64,000 nucleotides of DNA from Macrostomum lignano. Taxonomy: Eukaryota. The notes below the pieces were generated by a model. The model was not told the DNA's origin. It saw nothing but the letters and a program-made list of their open reading frames with translations, and did no database searches. Location: the NCBI GenBank assembly GCA_002269645.1, contig NIVC01000619.1:124001-188000 (forward strand), read 5' to 3'. Both the position numbers and the translations under genes were made by a program. Positions within the stretch are counted from its first letter, which is position 1, and each line of letters opens with the position of its first letter. Below are positions 13,081 through 28,864 of the stretch, piece after piece.

Positions 13081-13884
13081 AGGCTGCGAATGCAGTGGCA
13101 GCCCAACCCGTGCGCAATTAATCATCAACTGGTTCTAAGAAAACCTCTGTGCCTCCGTGGGCCTTTCGAACCGACATTACTCTCTCCCTCAATCCATTTT
13201 ACCCCTGCCGCTGAGCAGCTGCCAGCGGGGGTTCGCGGATCTCCAGGGCCAGTCTCTCCATTCCCCTCTCCATCTGTCCCCAGCTGCTCAGCCAATGCAT
13301 CGCCGGGATCTCGAGGATTAAAGGGCAAAAAAGTTCCATTTCTGACTACGAAAGGGGATTAAGAACTGGCTAGTGAGGGATTCCGAGATTCCGGGAGGGA
13401 GAAGAGAGAAAACTGGCGAGATTCAGGGCGGGCTCAATGCTAAAACACACACAGCATGGAACCCGACACCCCTTGTGCAGGACTCACGATCTGGAGAGCA
13501 GCAATGGGAATAGACTAGCCTTCGATGATGACAAAAAAGTCCTGACAAAAAATCGTTTCTAATAAAAGAATCAAAATCTGCTCAGGGCAGCCTCTTGAGC
13601 ACGAAAGTTTCTCTGTGTCAAAACGTTAAGTTCGAGAATTTTAATTGATCAAAATTCGGAGACTTTCGTGACTTTTCATTTAATTTTTTTACATTGGCTC
13701 GGGGGGCTTTGGGTTTCTGGGTTTAGTTGAGCCGCTAATTGGGCGCCCTCTGACGAGACGCTGGCAGGGGAGCCACTCGAACCTGTCGGGCGTTTCGGTC
13801 CTAATTACCAGCAGCATCAGGTGCGCCGAAGCCACTTGAATCCCAGAAATTTAATTCCCTACCTCAGCAACTAATTGAGCTCAC

Positions 13885-14297
13885 CTAGTCAGCTTGAAGA
13901 GCCGCATGATGCGGATGATGCTGAAGAACTCCAGCACCTCATAGCTGGCCTCGTCCGCGTTGAGGGCGCTGTTCAACGCCAGGTCCATGTAGAAGGACAG
14001 CGTGGCGATGAAGTCGATGATGTTCACTGGCGACTTCAAGAACTCCAGCTTGTTTGGCGTCACAAAGAATCTGGTGATGATCTCGAAGGTGAACCAGGAG
14101 TTGCAGATGCACTCAATGTAGAAAAAGGCCTCGTGAGGCTCGGAGCGCTGCTTGTAGAAGGCGTAGGACAAGTTTCCGACTGTGTTCAGCACCACCGTCT
14201 CGTTCGAGATGATAGGCACCCGGAGACCGGGGAATGTCTTCAGGCAGAAGGACAGGATGCTGATCACGATGAAGAACACGGACACCACGGCCACGAT
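13885..14297 (-). CDS. Shaw: Shaw/Kv3 coding exon 3 (S1-S4)
   Basis: [21 protein letters not shown]...[17 protein letters not shown]; acceptor aactag|ATC, donor AG|gtgagc. Confidence 0.95.
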
Positions 14298-14553
14298 CTA
14301 GTTGTGTGACAGGGCAGGTTGATAATAATAAGGCGCATTCCGCTGGCGCCATAATTCGGTACGCAGGCACAGCACAGGACTGGGTCTATGAGAGATCAAT
14401 TAATATGTTACATAAGTCCCCACTTAGCATCGAACTACATTAGAAAGATGTATATTTTTCTAGCTTCTACCACCAAATTGGCAAAGTCTGAACTTCCAGT
14501 AAGGTTATAAAGCTTAAAAACCATGCGAATCTCAGGCGCCGGAAACACCTCAC

Positions 14554-14781
14554 CTTGGCTGCCAAGGATGAGTAGGGCTCGTCAAACAGCGCCCAGAGCT
14601 TCGGCTTCACCTTCTGCCACGGGTTTAACTCGTTGTTTTGAAATGCGTCCTCAAGGCCGAACTTTTTGTAGAGCTCCTCCTCGGCCAGCTTGTCCGTGTC
14701 CAGATCCAGCCGGTCCAGGATGGTCAGCGTCTCCTGCGTCTCCCGGTGAGAGGTGTACGTCATCCAGCAGCACGGCTCCAC
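14554..14781 (-). CDS. Shaw: Shaw/Kv3 coding exon 2
   Basis: [19 protein letters not shown]...[15 protein letters not shown]; acceptor ccgcag|GTG, donor AAG|gtgagg; phase 0 at both ends. Confidence 0.95.
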
Positions 14782-14817
14782 CTGCGGTCGGTGCGGTTGA
14801 GCTCCGCTGGGTCAAAT

Positions 14818-15903
<1,086 letters not shown>

Positions 15904-16904
15904 CAATTATTCGGCATGCAGATGTTAAACACAAAATTCGCCCCTTTAGATTTACGCAGCTCAGCAAGCGGGACTCATCAAGCTGGGAATAAATCATAAA
16001 TTTCAAGTCACCTGCCTTCCAGCCCGTCTAGATCCACTTTTACAATATTGAAATTGTGCAGAAATTGCAGCGATAATTGTTTGCATTTTCCAGACTGGTT
16101 TGCGCCGGCCTCCACACTGCAATTTGAGTGCTTCTTTTATTTAAAGCAGCAAATATCGGCAGATAGCAACAGGCTGTTTGCGGATCCTGGGCTCAGGCAA
16201 AGAAGGCGCACCTGTTGCTGAGGGAACGGAGCAGCCGCCCCATTCCGAACTCATGTCCGCCTCCTCCCTCCGGGCTCAGTCAAGAGAATAGGACAAGTCT
16301 ATCGTTATCAAGTTAATCCGTTTCTCTCTCAAAAAGCGGCTCCGGGCGGGGCAGGAAGATCAAAGCCAAATTGAGCAAAGAGGCTTGAGCTGGGAGGATG
16401 GGCTTGGGATGTTGACAGCGCAGCGGGGGCAGCTAGCGAGCCCGAGGTTGGCTCCACTGCGTCACTCGCCAAGTCGAGAGGGGCACAAAAAGACACTGCG
16501 AGCGCCTCCGCATGTTGACTGACCTGAGCCACTCACCATCATTTTTCACCCAGTCTTTCTCTCTCTCTCCATCTCTTATCCCTGTTCTCAACCTTCTTTC
16601 TTTCTACTGCCATCTGGTTTGATTAGCTTCATCTACCAGCTCCCCAGCTGTTTTCTCTTTCTTTGCTCGATCGAACCGGCCGACATGCGCTTGCTGACTG
16701 CACCGCAAACAAAATTGAAAAGTACAGGCGCCCAAGAATACAACCTGGGCGTTTGAGATCAGGTGCAAACATTGACAGAGGCATGACAGAGGTTGGGGTG
16801 GTCTGGGCTCGCTTGATATGCGTTTCCGTCATTGACGCCTATCAATAGGGTAAGACGCACTAAAAAGTGTACACAAGGCTAAAGCGAGACTGGCGAGGGG
16901 CGGG

Positions 16905-17565
16905 GAAGACAGAGGGAGAGAAGTTACATCAGGGAAGACACAGGGAGAGAAGTCACAGCGGGGAAGACAGGGAGAGAAGTCACATCAGGGAAGACACAGG
17001 GAGAGAAGTCACATCAGGGAAGACACAGGGAGAGAAGTCACATCAGGGAAGACAGGGAGAGAAGTCACATCAGGGAAGACAGACGGAGAGAAGTCACATC
17101 AGGGAAGACAGACGGAGAGAAGTCACATCAGGGAAGACACAGGGAGAGAAGTCACATCAGGGAAGACAGACGGAGAGAAGTCACATCAGGGAATACAGAC
17201 GGAGAGAAGTCACATCAGGGAAGACAGACGGAGAGAAGTCACATCAGGGAAGACAGACGGAGAGAAGTCACATCAGGGAAGACAGACGGAGAGAAGTCAC
17301 ATCAGGGAAGACAGACGGAGAGAAGTCACATCAGGGAAGACAGACGGAGAGAAGTCACATCAGGGAAGACAGACGGAGAGAAGTCACATCAGGGAAGACA
17401 GACGGAGAGAAGTCACATCAGGGAAGACAGACGGAGAGAAGTCACATCAGGGAAGACAGACGGAGAGAAGTCACATCAGGGAAGACAGACGGAGAGAAGT
17501 CACATCAGGGAAGACAGACGGAGAGAAGTCACATCGGGGAAGACAGACGGAGAGAAGTCACATCG
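16905..17565. repeat. 29-bp minisatellite (GAAGACAGACGGAGAGAAGTCACATCAGG)
   Basis: Tandem units; 29-aa periodicity in translation. Confidence 0.95.
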
Positions 17566-18499
17566 ATCTCACGGCAGGTTTCGCAGGTCCCGGCAGCCCG
17601 CAGCAAGGCCCGCACGACTCCACCCGTCATGCAGGGAGCGCCTGCAGATGTAGAGTATTCCCTGGCCCAGCCTTCTTTTTGGCCCGCACCCGCGGCGCAA
17701 GTGGCCGGGAGCAGCGGAGCCCAGCATGCGGGTACTCAAGCCAGCGGAAGTGACAGACTTGTCCGTCTCTAGACGAATTCAATTTTCACCTGCCCACGCC
17801 ACTAAAGCAAAAGCATTCCGCTAATTGGATATCTGCTTTTAGTAGTGGAAAAATGCCGGAACAAGAAATATCCCCCGCCAGGAATTTGAATGGGAAAATT
17901 CCAATACGTCGAATAGTATTTTTAGTACTTATTATTTTGTTTGACTCGCTGTCGAGTTCAGTGACGATTCCGCATCACCGACTTTCCAGTACGGGTGCCG
18001 GTTTGACCCGGGCTGATTGATCGGAGTGAGCGCTATGGACTTCTCTTTCCTTCTCTCTCTCTCTCTTTCTCCAGCAAGGAGCCCGAGATTGAGCGCAGAG
18101 ACTGCCCTGAGTTCCGTCTGGCCCCACGATTCCACCCACTTGCCATTGCGCTTCGGTCTAGCTGTTTGTTTTAATTAGTAAATTTCAGCTTGCCCTGCTC
18201 TCACTTTGGCTTATGGCAGAACCAGTCAGACTAGAACTATTTCTGTTGCTATGACAACCTGGACCAATTATGGAAATTGTCTGTCAGCAAAATTATTTTT
18301 CTACTTTTGCTAATCTAGTCAAAATATTGATTTATTGGTTTTTGGTATAAACTGCGCGGGTATTAACTGATTAAAACTTATGCTTATCAGCCAATCAGTT
18401 GGTGAGTCAATTGACTATCCAACCAATTAATAAATCAATAAATGAAGAAATAAAGAAATCAAATCAGTGAATAAATAAATAAACAAAAATATTTAAACA

Positions 18500-18660
18500 A
18501 AAAATCAATCAATCAATCCATCAAATCATTTAATCAACCAATCAATCAATTAGTCAATCAATTAATCAATCAATTAATCAGTCAATCCATCAAATCATTC
18601 AATCAATCAATCAATCAATCAGTCAATCAATCAATCAATCAGTCAATCAGCCAATCTATC
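18500..18660. repeat. Degenerate (TCAA)n microsatellite
   Basis: Direct reading. Confidence 0.85.
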
Positions 18661-19204
18661 AATCTCAGCAGATACTGAAAGCACTGCATTGACCGAAGCA
18701 GAACTTTAGCTGCAGTTTTCCATTTAAACTGTGGGAAGGGCTACTCAAACTTCGCATCAGCCACCTCCGGTGACACCTTTTCCACCGGATCATCTTCCCC
18801 AATTTCTGTCTTTTTTTAGAAGCGCGTTATTCTGCTGTTTGCCTTTGCTAACAAAACTGCCTGTTTGGGTTGGGATCGGGAACTGCAAACTATTTATCCA
18901 CTATTTCCCCTCTCCCCTTTTCTCTTTGGTTCTTTTCTTGCCTTTTTAGCAGGGGAGGGGGCGCAGCTGACAGATTCTGGCCCCGCTTGAAACCCTGCTC
19001 AGGACTCAGTGCTCAGTGCTCAGTCTTTTCCGTTCATATTCTGAGTTCCCAGCGTGGTGAAACTGCACTGAGGGGTCATCTGACAGTTGGGCAAACAGAG
19101 ATCCGGGCCCCGCCATCTCTCCCCGCTTCTCGCTACTTTCTATTTGAACTTGTTGTCCCATTCAAACACCTACCCGTTCGCTCTCTTCCCAGTTGTCCTG
19201 CTTG

Positions 19205-19670
19205 CTAGTAGATAGTAGACAATGGGAGATGGACAATATATAAGGAGAAGTAGACAGTGAACGGTTTGAAATGGACAATGTCTACTGTCTACCTTTGATT
19301 ATCTAATGTCCACTTCTCCGTGTCTACTGTCTACCTTTGATTATCTAATGTCTACTTCTCAGTGTCTACTGTCTACCTTTGATTATCTAATTTCTACATC
19401 TCAGTGTCTACTGTTTATCCCTGAATGTCTAATGTCTACTTCTACTATCTACCTCTGATCGTAATGCCTACGTCTCAGTGTTTAATTCTAATTGTCCATT
19501 TCTCAACCATTTGCGAAAATGAGACAGTGAGAATAGAATAGCGCAAGAGACAATGAGAGGTAGATATTGGGCAGTGAGAATTGCGCAGTAGACAATGAGA
19601 GGTAGATATTGGGCAGTGAGAATTGCGCAGTAGACAATGAGAGGTAGATAGTGGGCAGTGAGAATTGCAA
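19205..19670. repeat. Short ~41-44-bp tandem units in opposite orientations (GTAGACAATG / TGTCTAC motifs)
   Basis: Forward motif at 19205-19260 and 19545-19670; reverse motif at 19275-19500. Confidence 0.6.
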
Positions 19671-20169
19671 AACTAATCAGCGATGAAGCATAGAAAAGCG
19701 AAAACTGAAAGAAGATTGACTAACAGCAGCCAGAAAAGGTCTGAGTCTAGTTTGGGAGCCAGTCAAGCAGAAAAGTTGACAGACTTTCCAGAATTAGGAG
19801 CAAAGTTGGCGAGCTAAAACTGAGATTTCGTGACAGCCTCAAAGATTGTCTTCAGAGATGGGGGGTGGCGTTAGAGGCAGACAACTCCGACCGACAGTTT
19901 TGAGTTCTGTCTCCGCGAGAGAATTGATTTCTGGCCGGAAAAATTGCCTCTCAAAATGGATACAAGCGTCTTCTTGAAGAAGAAAATTGGATTATGGAGC
20001 TCAGGTGCCGTGATTGGCAGTGCGGAGGGTTGCGGCGGAGTTCGAAGATTCTCCTTTCTGCCACTCCACGCGCGCTCTGACACGTGGGATGGAACAAGGA
20101 CCTCTAAAATTCGATGGACGGGGCAAATAGTTACTTGGAAAATTTCCCGATGCTTGTGTTTTCCGAGAC

Positions 20170-20945
20170 AATTTGGTGGTGGGGGCGCCATGTCAACTGA
20201 GGCAAATTTGACAATTTGGTGGTGGGGGCGCCATGTCAACTGAGGCAAATTTGACAATTTGATGGTTGGGGCGCCATGTCAACTGAGGCAAATTTGACAA
20301 TTTGATGGTTGGGGCGCCATGTCAACTGAGGCAAATTTGACAATTTGGTGGTGGGGGCGCTATGTCAATTGAGGCAAATTTGACAATTTGGTGGTGGGGG
20401 CGCCATGTCAACTGAGGCAAATTTGACAATTTGGTGGTGGGGGCGCCATGTCAACTGAGGCAAATTTGACAATTTGGTGGTGGGGGCGCCATGTCAACTG
20501 AGGCAAATTTGACAATTTGGTGGTGGGGGCGCCATGTCAACTGAGGCAAATTTGACAATTTGATGGTTGGGGCGCCATGTCAACTGAGGCAAATTTGACA
20601 ATTTGGTGGTGGGGGCGCCATGTCAACTGAGGCAAATTTGACAATTTGATGGTTGGGGCGCCATGTCAACTGAGGAAAATTTGACAATTTGGTGGTGGGG
20701 GCGCCATGTCAACTGAGGCAAATTTGACAATTTGGTGGTGGGGGCGCCATGTCAATTGAGGCAAATTTGACAATTTGGTGGTGGGGGCGCCATGTCAACT
20801 GAGGCAAATTTGACAATTTGATGGTTGGGGCGCCATGTCAACTGAGGAAAATTTGACAATTTGGTGGTGGGGGCGCCATGTCAATTGAGGCAAATTTGAC
20901 AATTTGATGGTTGGGGCGCCATGTCAACTGAGGTAAATTTGACAA
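20170..20945. repeat. 43-bp minisatellite (AATTTGACAATTTGGTGGTGGGGGCGCCATGTCAACTGAGGCA)
   Basis: Period measured 20201 to 20244. Confidence 0.95.
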
Positions 20946-21619
20946 AAGCAAATATTTAAAGCGTTTGTCGAAGCGAATCAGCCCAAAGTTCGCAAAAGCA
21001 TTAATATTCTAAGAAAACAAAGTGCCCAATCCATCTACTTTTAGGGGTCCACAGCGCCTAATTCCCACGGAAACCAGTTAGCCAGGTTGCCAGCAACTTA
21101 AGAAAAAAGGTAGTTTTTAGCCACTTGGCCACCTTTTTCATTCCTGCATTTCTGACACACTCGAACTCCCAGCCCTACTTTTTTAGGTCATGCTGACTTC
21201 GGAATCGGTGAGAAAATCTCAGCGGACCCGTAGCAGCCCCGCGATTCTTCATCTCCTCGGCCGCCTTTTTATCGCCCTGCCCTGCGCTGCCCGCCGCCTC
21301 TTCTACCGATTTGATTCGTCAAAAAATATCGCAACGAACTTGACACCCCGCGACCGGCTTAGAGGCCGTTAATTTGCATAGAGAATTGCCTTCTCTGGGG
21401 CACTTTTTCCCCTCCCGGCTCCTGAGAGTCGGCAGGATCTAGATTGAAGCGGGCTGGGGTCCAGCCTCAGCTGCGAGCTGAATTCCCAGTTGAGCTGCAT
21501 CACTGACAGAGAGTTGCGACCCACCCTTCCTCACAGGAGAGCTACCAGACCCTTGAGTTTCTTAGAATAGCGGAGGGTAATGATCGGAGCTGAAAACTCC
21601 TCCTGAATATGGCGCCTCT

Positions 21620-21950
21620 CTAGCGTAAACTCCGCGCCTCTTCTGAGAATTTTAACACCTACTTGATGCCTCACCCGTAAACTCCGCGCCTCTCCCCCGT
21701 AAACTCAGCGCCTCTCTCCCGTAAACTTCGCGCCTCTTTCCCATAAACTACGCGTTTTCTCCCATTAACTCCGCGCCTCTCTCCCGTAAACTCCGCGCCT
21801 CTCTCCCGTAAACTCCGCGCTTCTCTCCCATAAACTCCGCGCTTCTCTCCCATAAACTCCGCGCCTCTCTCCCGTAAACTCCGCGCCTCTCTCCCGTAAA
21901 CTCAGCGTCTCTCTCCCGTAAACTCCGCGCCTCTCAAAACTCCGCGCTTT
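21620..21950. repeat. 22-bp minisatellite (CCCGTAAACTCCGCGCCTCTCT)
   Basis: Tandem units visible. Confidence 0.9.
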
Positions 21951-22949
21951 CACAAAAAATTCTCAGTAGAACATTCGTTGCCAGCGGTAGCTCTGCAAGT
22001 CGCCAACAATGCAAGCTCAAATATTAAAAAATAAGCGAAAAAATTCGGATACCGAAAATAGCTCTTTTTCCTGGAACGACGGAACAAAAGCAGGCAGCCT
22101 CATTGACAGAGCCGCCGAGTAGTCCGCTCCCCCAATGTATAGCACCCCTTGTTGATTTGCCTTCGCTAAAATACATCTGCCCCACTAACAATAGAGCAAG
22201 TGAGAGGCAAAACGGCCTGAGTTCAGTAGCAGAAATGACAGATACAGGCTCGCGAGCAAACATCTGAGAAGGAAAGGTACGAGAGGGGGGGGGGGTGAGT
22301 GAGAGCCGAGATCTCCGCCCCTGTTGCCGCCCCCCAGCAACCAAAGAAAACCATCTACCTTGGGGCAGCAGCAGCAGCTCGGAGCAGCGGCAGCAGACCC
22401 AAGCCTTGCTCACCGATGGCTGAGGGATCCGCGCCTCGCTCCACTCGTCAGCTGCATTCTGCTGAGTCCCCCTCCCAACCGGTGGATGGAATGGGAAGGG
22501 GTGGCAAACCAAGCAAAGCGCCTCGCTTCCCCTCGTTTCCCGTCTCTCCTCCCGCTCTCGCCCGGCTCTACTCACTCTCGCCGGCCTTCCTCTCCAGCTC
22601 TCTCCGGCCCCTGCACCGATTGCCTGCTTCGCCTGCCCCGGTGTCTCGTTTCTCCTGAATCGTCCTCACCCCCAGAGCCGGATAGTTGATCAGTTACCAT
22701 GGCAACTACCATCGCCCATCTTTTCGCACAATCCCCCTCCTCTGCCCCTCTCGACCCAGCAGAGCCTTCCAGCCTCCTTCCAGCAGCGAGAGTCGGAGCA
22801 GCAGACTAGAAAACTTGGCCGAGTCCTTATCCAACAACTTCGATCTTCTGCCGACTGCTCCAACAGAAAATGGAAGCTTTGAGCTTCTTCGATCATTGCC
22901 CGTTGAAGCCAATGTGCTGGTTTACTGGAAGTGGGACTTTGTCTATGGC

Positions 22950-23186
22950 AATAATAATAATTGATTACACCTGAAAGCTCAGCCGCAGCTATTGCAAGGC
23001 GCATCTGAAGATTGCGTACGGCTGTTCAGTCCATGGACTGGGGGGTCGTCACACACCCCAACTACCCCAGCTAATGCTGGCACCCATTTTACAGCTGGGT
23101 GAACTGAAGCAATGCAGAGTTGAGTGTCCTGCTCAAGGACACAAATTGTCGGGAATCCGACGCTCTAACCACTAGGACACAACCCC
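22950..23186 (-). mobile_element. tRNA-headed CORE-type SINE, internally deleted
   Basis: Minus strand: GTGTCCTAGTGGTTAGAGCG (A-box), GTGTCCTTGAGCAGGACACTCAAC...CAGCTGTAAAATGGG (MIR/CORE-like), (TTA)n tail. Confidence 0.55.
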
Positions 23187-24334
23187 AAGTACAGAATCTA
23201 TAGACAAAAGACATACGTTAACATGGATGAAATCGTATGCTCTTTGGTGTTACGACTTTGGCTGTCCTTCTCTTACGCCACTTAGAATGGCAAAGCTGTC
23301 AATATTGGTATTCGGTACCTCATTTCCACTTTGCTCCAGACGGAAGCAATGCCGAATATGCTTTTGTTTTACTGTTTTCCGAATGCCCCACGGCAAATAG
23401 AATTCCTAAACACTGATTAGCGAAACATTCCACGCCAAAGGACATGTGCACTTAAAAAGATTTGGAATAGAAAACCTCGTTAGCCAGGACCGCATCGACG
23501 CAGGCTTGGATGAATTGATGAAGCATGGGCAGTCCCAGCTGCATCCCTTTGTGAGTCGGCAGCGACCAAAATTGGACTACTTTGCACAAAAGACGAGTCC
23601 GGGAACAAAATTTGAAGCACCAGACCAGCCAAGCAACATGCAAAGACTAAGGGTAGAGATTTACATTTGAGACTCAGGCAAAGAGACAGACAGACAGAAC
23701 TGACAATGCTCATTAGGAATTCAATATGCTATTGCTTTATTTCCAAGATTTACTCATTGTAACTTCAAAATATGAGTTGAAACAGAACACTTGATAGGGT
23801 TTTAGCTATACGATTCAATCACCTTTCCTGCCAATGCTTGGCGCACTTAATTAAAAAAATGATACATTCCGTGACCACTGATCAACCTCAGGATACCGCA
23901 ATGCATTTAACTCAATTTCAGAGAGGCTCATTGGTTTGCTACACAGCGAATTCAAATCTATCGTGACTGGAATTTCTAAAATAAATTGCATCGCAGCCAG
24001 TATATTACGTCAGTTTGAGGCAGGTATCTGACTCTAACTGGTTTTAAACCCCCCCCGCGCCGGCCTGGCCTCGCTTTGGTGGGTTGGTGGGGTGCTGGTG
24101 CTCTGCGTGCGTGCAGGGCTTAGGGCAGCCTCCCCCTCCGCTCTGTGCTATTTAGTCACGCGTCGCGGCCGCTGAGTCGGCGTATTTTTGGCAAAATATT
24201 TTTTTTCTCTTTTAAATTACAAAAAATAATATATTTCGTCGCTTAAGGGGTTCGTTTCCCCTTTCTGAGCCGCGTCTGCCGGTCTTTTGTGCCACGCTTT
24301 TACTCTGCGTTAGTCTTTTGGGGTTTACTTTACT

Positions 24335-24592
24335 GTCATCTGTGTCTGTCATCCAGCAGCTGTCATCTGTGTCTGTCATCCAGCAGCTGTCATCTGTGTC
24401 TGTCATCCAGCAGCCTTCATCTGTGTCTGTCATCCAGCAGCTGTCACCTGTGTCTGTCATCCAGCAGCTGTCATCTGTGTCTGTCATCCACCAGCTGTTA
24501 TCAGTGTCTGTCATCCAGCAGCTGTCATCTGTGTCTGTCATCCACCAGCTGTCATCTGTGTCTGTCATCCAGCAGCTGTCATCTGTGTCTGT
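24335..24592. repeat. 27-bp minisatellite (CTGTCATCTGTGTCTGTCATCCAGCAG)
   Basis: Tandem units visible. Confidence 0.95.
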
Positions 24593-24594
24593 GC

Positions 24595-25455
24595 TCAGGC
24601 TGCATTATGCATCTATCCACTAGGCTGGCTGCATTATGCATCTATCCACAAGGCTGTATTATGCATCTATCCACTAGGCTGCATTATGCATCTATCCACA
24701 AGGCTGCATTACGCATCTATCCACTAGGCTGGCTGCATTATGCATCTATCCGCAAGGCTGCATTATGCATCCATCCACAAGGCTGCATTATGCATCTATC
24801 CACTAGGCTGGCTGCATTATGCATCTATCCGCAAGGCTGTATTATGCATCTATCCACAAGGCTGCATTATGCATCTATCCACAAGGCTGCATTACGCATC
24901 TATCCACTAGGCTGGCTGCATTATGCATCTATCCGCAAGGCTGCATTATGCATCCATCCACAAGGCTGCATTATGCATCTATCCACTAGGCTGGCTGCAT
25001 TATGCATCTATCCGCAAGGCTGCATTATGCATCCATCCACAAGGCTGCATTATGCAGCTATCCACAAGGCTGCATTATGCATCTATCCACAAGGCTGCAT
25101 TATGCATCTATCCACTAGGCTGGCTGCATTATGCATCTATCCGCAAGGCTGTATTATGCATCTATCCACAAGGCTGCATTATGCATCTATCCACAAGGCT
25201 GCATTACGCATCTATCCACTAGGCTGGCTGCATTATGCATCTATCCGCAAGGCTGCATTATGCATCCATCCACAAGGCTGCATTATGCATCTATCCACTA
25301 GGCTGGCTGCATTATGCATCTATCCGCAAGGCTGCATTATGCATCCATCCACAAGGCTGCATTATGCAGCTATCCACAAGGCTGCATTATGCATCTATCC
25401 ACAAGGCTGCATTATGCATCTATCCACAAGTCTGCATTATGCATCTATCCACTAT
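24595..25455. repeat. ~25-29-bp minisatellite (GGCTGCATTATGCATCTATCCACAA)
   Basis: Tandem units visible. Confidence 0.95.
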
Positions 25456-25513
25456 ATCCATATCCATAGACTGCCATAGTTACTATCTCTATTTTGCTCA
25501 GCTCAAAACTTGC

Positions 25514-25795
25514 CTGGTTGCTATCCAGGCCCCAGAACTCGAGTTCCTCCTCAAACAGAGGGCCGCACACGTCCGTAGGGTAGTGCAGCTTGCCAGTTCG
25601 ATAATAATTGAGAATCTGAGCGAACACGCCCGGGTGCCTGTCGAAGAAGTACTCATTGAGAATGGGATCGTAGTTGGCCAGCGCCTCGGTCAGTCTGGAC
25701 AGCCTCGTGGCCGGAATTTTCTTCAGCGTTGCCTTGTAGGTCTCGTGCCGGATGCCGCCGACGTTGAGCACTACTCGGTTCTCAGCGTCCGACAT
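25514..25795 (-). CDS. Shaw: Shaw/Kv3 coding exon 1 (T1 tetramerisation domain)
   Basis: [55 protein letters not shown]...EFWGLDSNQ (94 aa), closely matching the insect Shaw T1 sequence as I recall it; in-frame TAG upstream of ATG; donor CAG|GCAAGT. Confidence 0.95.
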
Positions 25796-26167
25796 CTGAT
25801 GGAACTACCGGATGGGTCCGGCCTGGGCTGAGACTCGGAATTGATTAACTCGGTCAGCAGGTGGGGGTGCCTCGCTGGGAGAGAGTTCTCAGCAGACGGG
25901 TCGGTAGAACAGAACAAAGCTTTGGAACAGAGCTGACTGCGAGTAGCTGTCCACAATTTACGGCCTCAGCAGTCGTGGGGGATGCGCTGCATCACCGGAT
26001 GGAGGATGGGGCAGCTGGGACCACAGACGGGGCAGGGCCGCGACCAAGACAGCGCTCATTCGCTCGAAGCCGAAGGCCCCGGCAAGGGAAGAGCGCAGAC
26101 AGGGGCAGAGCTGGGACGGGGAAGAAAAATGGTGAGACAAAAATTAAAAGCTTGGGCGTTGCCGCTC

Positions 26168-26198
<31 letters not shown>

Positions 26199-26764
26199 CG
26201 AGAACCGAGGGAGCTTCTAATGGTCTCTCCCCAGTAGGGCAGACTACAGGTGGGGAGATACAAGCGATCGTTTGTCTCCAGGTGGAACAAAACACTATAG
26301 GAAACCGGATGCCGGATTCAGGGCTTCAATGGCAGCAGTGCTTTTCAATTGTAAAATCACTAGTATACAGTTTACAGAGAATTCATTTTAATAGGAATCA
26401 TGCAAAAAAACAAATATCTGCCTGTAACAGCAGCAGGCGGCAGTCATTGCTTCATCACTGCGTCAGTGCAAATGTTTTTATTCTTATCTTATCTTCTTAC
26501 GGTCACAAACTGTCTCTCCACTGTCTCAAACTGTCTCTCCACTGTAAAAAATTGAGACAGCAGCATTTTAAGTAACACAAGTTGCAGTGCAGGCAGTGTA
26601 CCGATCGCATCTGAGAGAGATCTCCGAATCTTCGCAGCTAATGAGCAAAGGATGCGGTTGCTGCAGCAATCGATTTTCGATCGCCAGACGGCCTGTAAGA
26701 CGAGAGCCCGTAGTACTTTTTGTTCCACAGAAAATCGATTCGTCACCTGCGTTTTGACCGCCTT

Positions 26765-27645
<881 letters not shown>

Positions 27646-28002
27646 ATCTGCACACCCTTAGCAGGTCTGGGGGTTAACATTGACTGGCGCTGAGCCAACG
27701 GGGCCGTCTGAAGCGACCGGTTGGGGGCTCGGCTGTCCAAAGAGGCTTAGGCTGGGGATTAACAACTTTCACAGCGATCGCCAATGCCCCTGGAAATGTG
27801 CTATTGATCCACAGTCTGTGCTCGCCTCTTTCAATTTTCTTTTCCATCAGTTCCCTCTCCTATCTCTGCATTCGTTAATTGACTTGGGACTTTGGACTAT
27901 TGGGCTGGCGAAATCGAGTCTGACGATAGTGCTTTGAGGATTCTAAGTTCTTATGAAACTGAAAGCGCTGAGAAGTTTGGCGACAGAAGTGAGACAGAAT
28001 AG

Positions 28003-28075
28003 GGTTTATAGTGCAGTCGGAGCGGTGATACATCCAGACTCTTATACCAAAGTCCTGGGTTCGATTCTTGAGTAG
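28003..28075 (+). other. Possible tRNA-derived (Pol III) head preceding a minisatellite
   Basis: TAGTGCAGTCGG (A-box-like) and GGGTTCGATTC (B-box). Confidence 0.3.
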
Positions 28076-28139
28076 ACAGGGACTGGCTTATCTTAGTTGG
28101 CAAGTGCTAGATTACTACGAACTAAGGACGTTGCATAAG

Positions 28140-28555
28140 TGCATGTACTCAGACAGGACAGAGGTTGCAAAAGTACTCAGACAGGACAGAGGTTGCAAAA
28201 GTACTCAGACAGGACAGAGGTTGCATAAGTACTCAGACAGGACAGAGGTTGCAAAAGTACTCAGACAGGACAGAGGTTGCATAAGTACTCAGACAGGACA
28301 GAGGTTGCAAAAGTCTCAGACAGGACAGAGGTTGCATAAGTACTCAGACAGGACAGAGGTTGCATAAGTACTCAGACAGGACAGAGGTTGCATAAGTACC
28401 CAGACAGGACAGAGGTTGAAAAAGTACACAGGCAGAACAAAGACAGGACAAAGGTTGCTAAAGTACACAGACAAGACACAGGTTGCAAAAGTACACAGAC
28501 AGGACACAGGTTGCAAAAGTACACAGACAGGACAGAGGTTGCAAAAGTACACAGA
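28140..28555. repeat. 28-bp minisatellite (CAGACAGGACAGAGGTTGCAAAAGTACT)
   Basis: Tandem units visible. Confidence 0.95.
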
Positions 28556-28599
28556 CCACAGCTCGCCCTACAGAAGCCCCATCCCAAGCAAGTGCTAAC

Positions 28600-28864
28600 A
28601 GCCTGTACAGTCGAAACGTGGCTCTCGCCCATGGTCCTATTAACAGCCAGCTGGGATCACCCTCGCCGTCGCCCTCGAAGGCGTCGCCAGTCAGCTGGTT
28701 CGCCGTACTCGGCGACAGACGGCCAGCCTCGGCCAGGACGGCCAGGTTGAAGGCCGCCTCCGGGTCGCCCTTGGCAACCGCGCGAGTGTAAAAATCCACG
28801 GCGGCGCTCAGGTTGGAGGCGTGCGCCAAGCCCAGGCTGTGGTAGTCTCCCATGCGCGTCAGCG
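28600..28864 (-). CDS. Internal exon encoding a Sel1-like repeat (SEL1L3-like); 3' boundary uncertain
   Basis: Acceptor ttctttcctcag|; xLTRMGDYHSLGLAHASNLSAAVDFYTRAVAKGDPEAAFNLAVLAEAG fits the Sel1 consensus (MGD.Y..G...D...A...Y..AA..G...A.FNL); GC-rich codons. Confidence 0.65.

Noticed and set aside
20170-20945. Regular repeats resembling a CRISPR array
   Set aside because: No unique spacers, no cas genes, eukaryotic intron context.
25445-25513. ORF-track continuation [11 protein letters not shown]... after the T1 domain
   Set aside because: Intron read-through past the GC donor; homology resumes at 14781.
27700-27830. Possible downstream exon of the Sel1 gene on the minus strand
   Set aside because: Short open frame with no recognisable homology or convincing splice phase.
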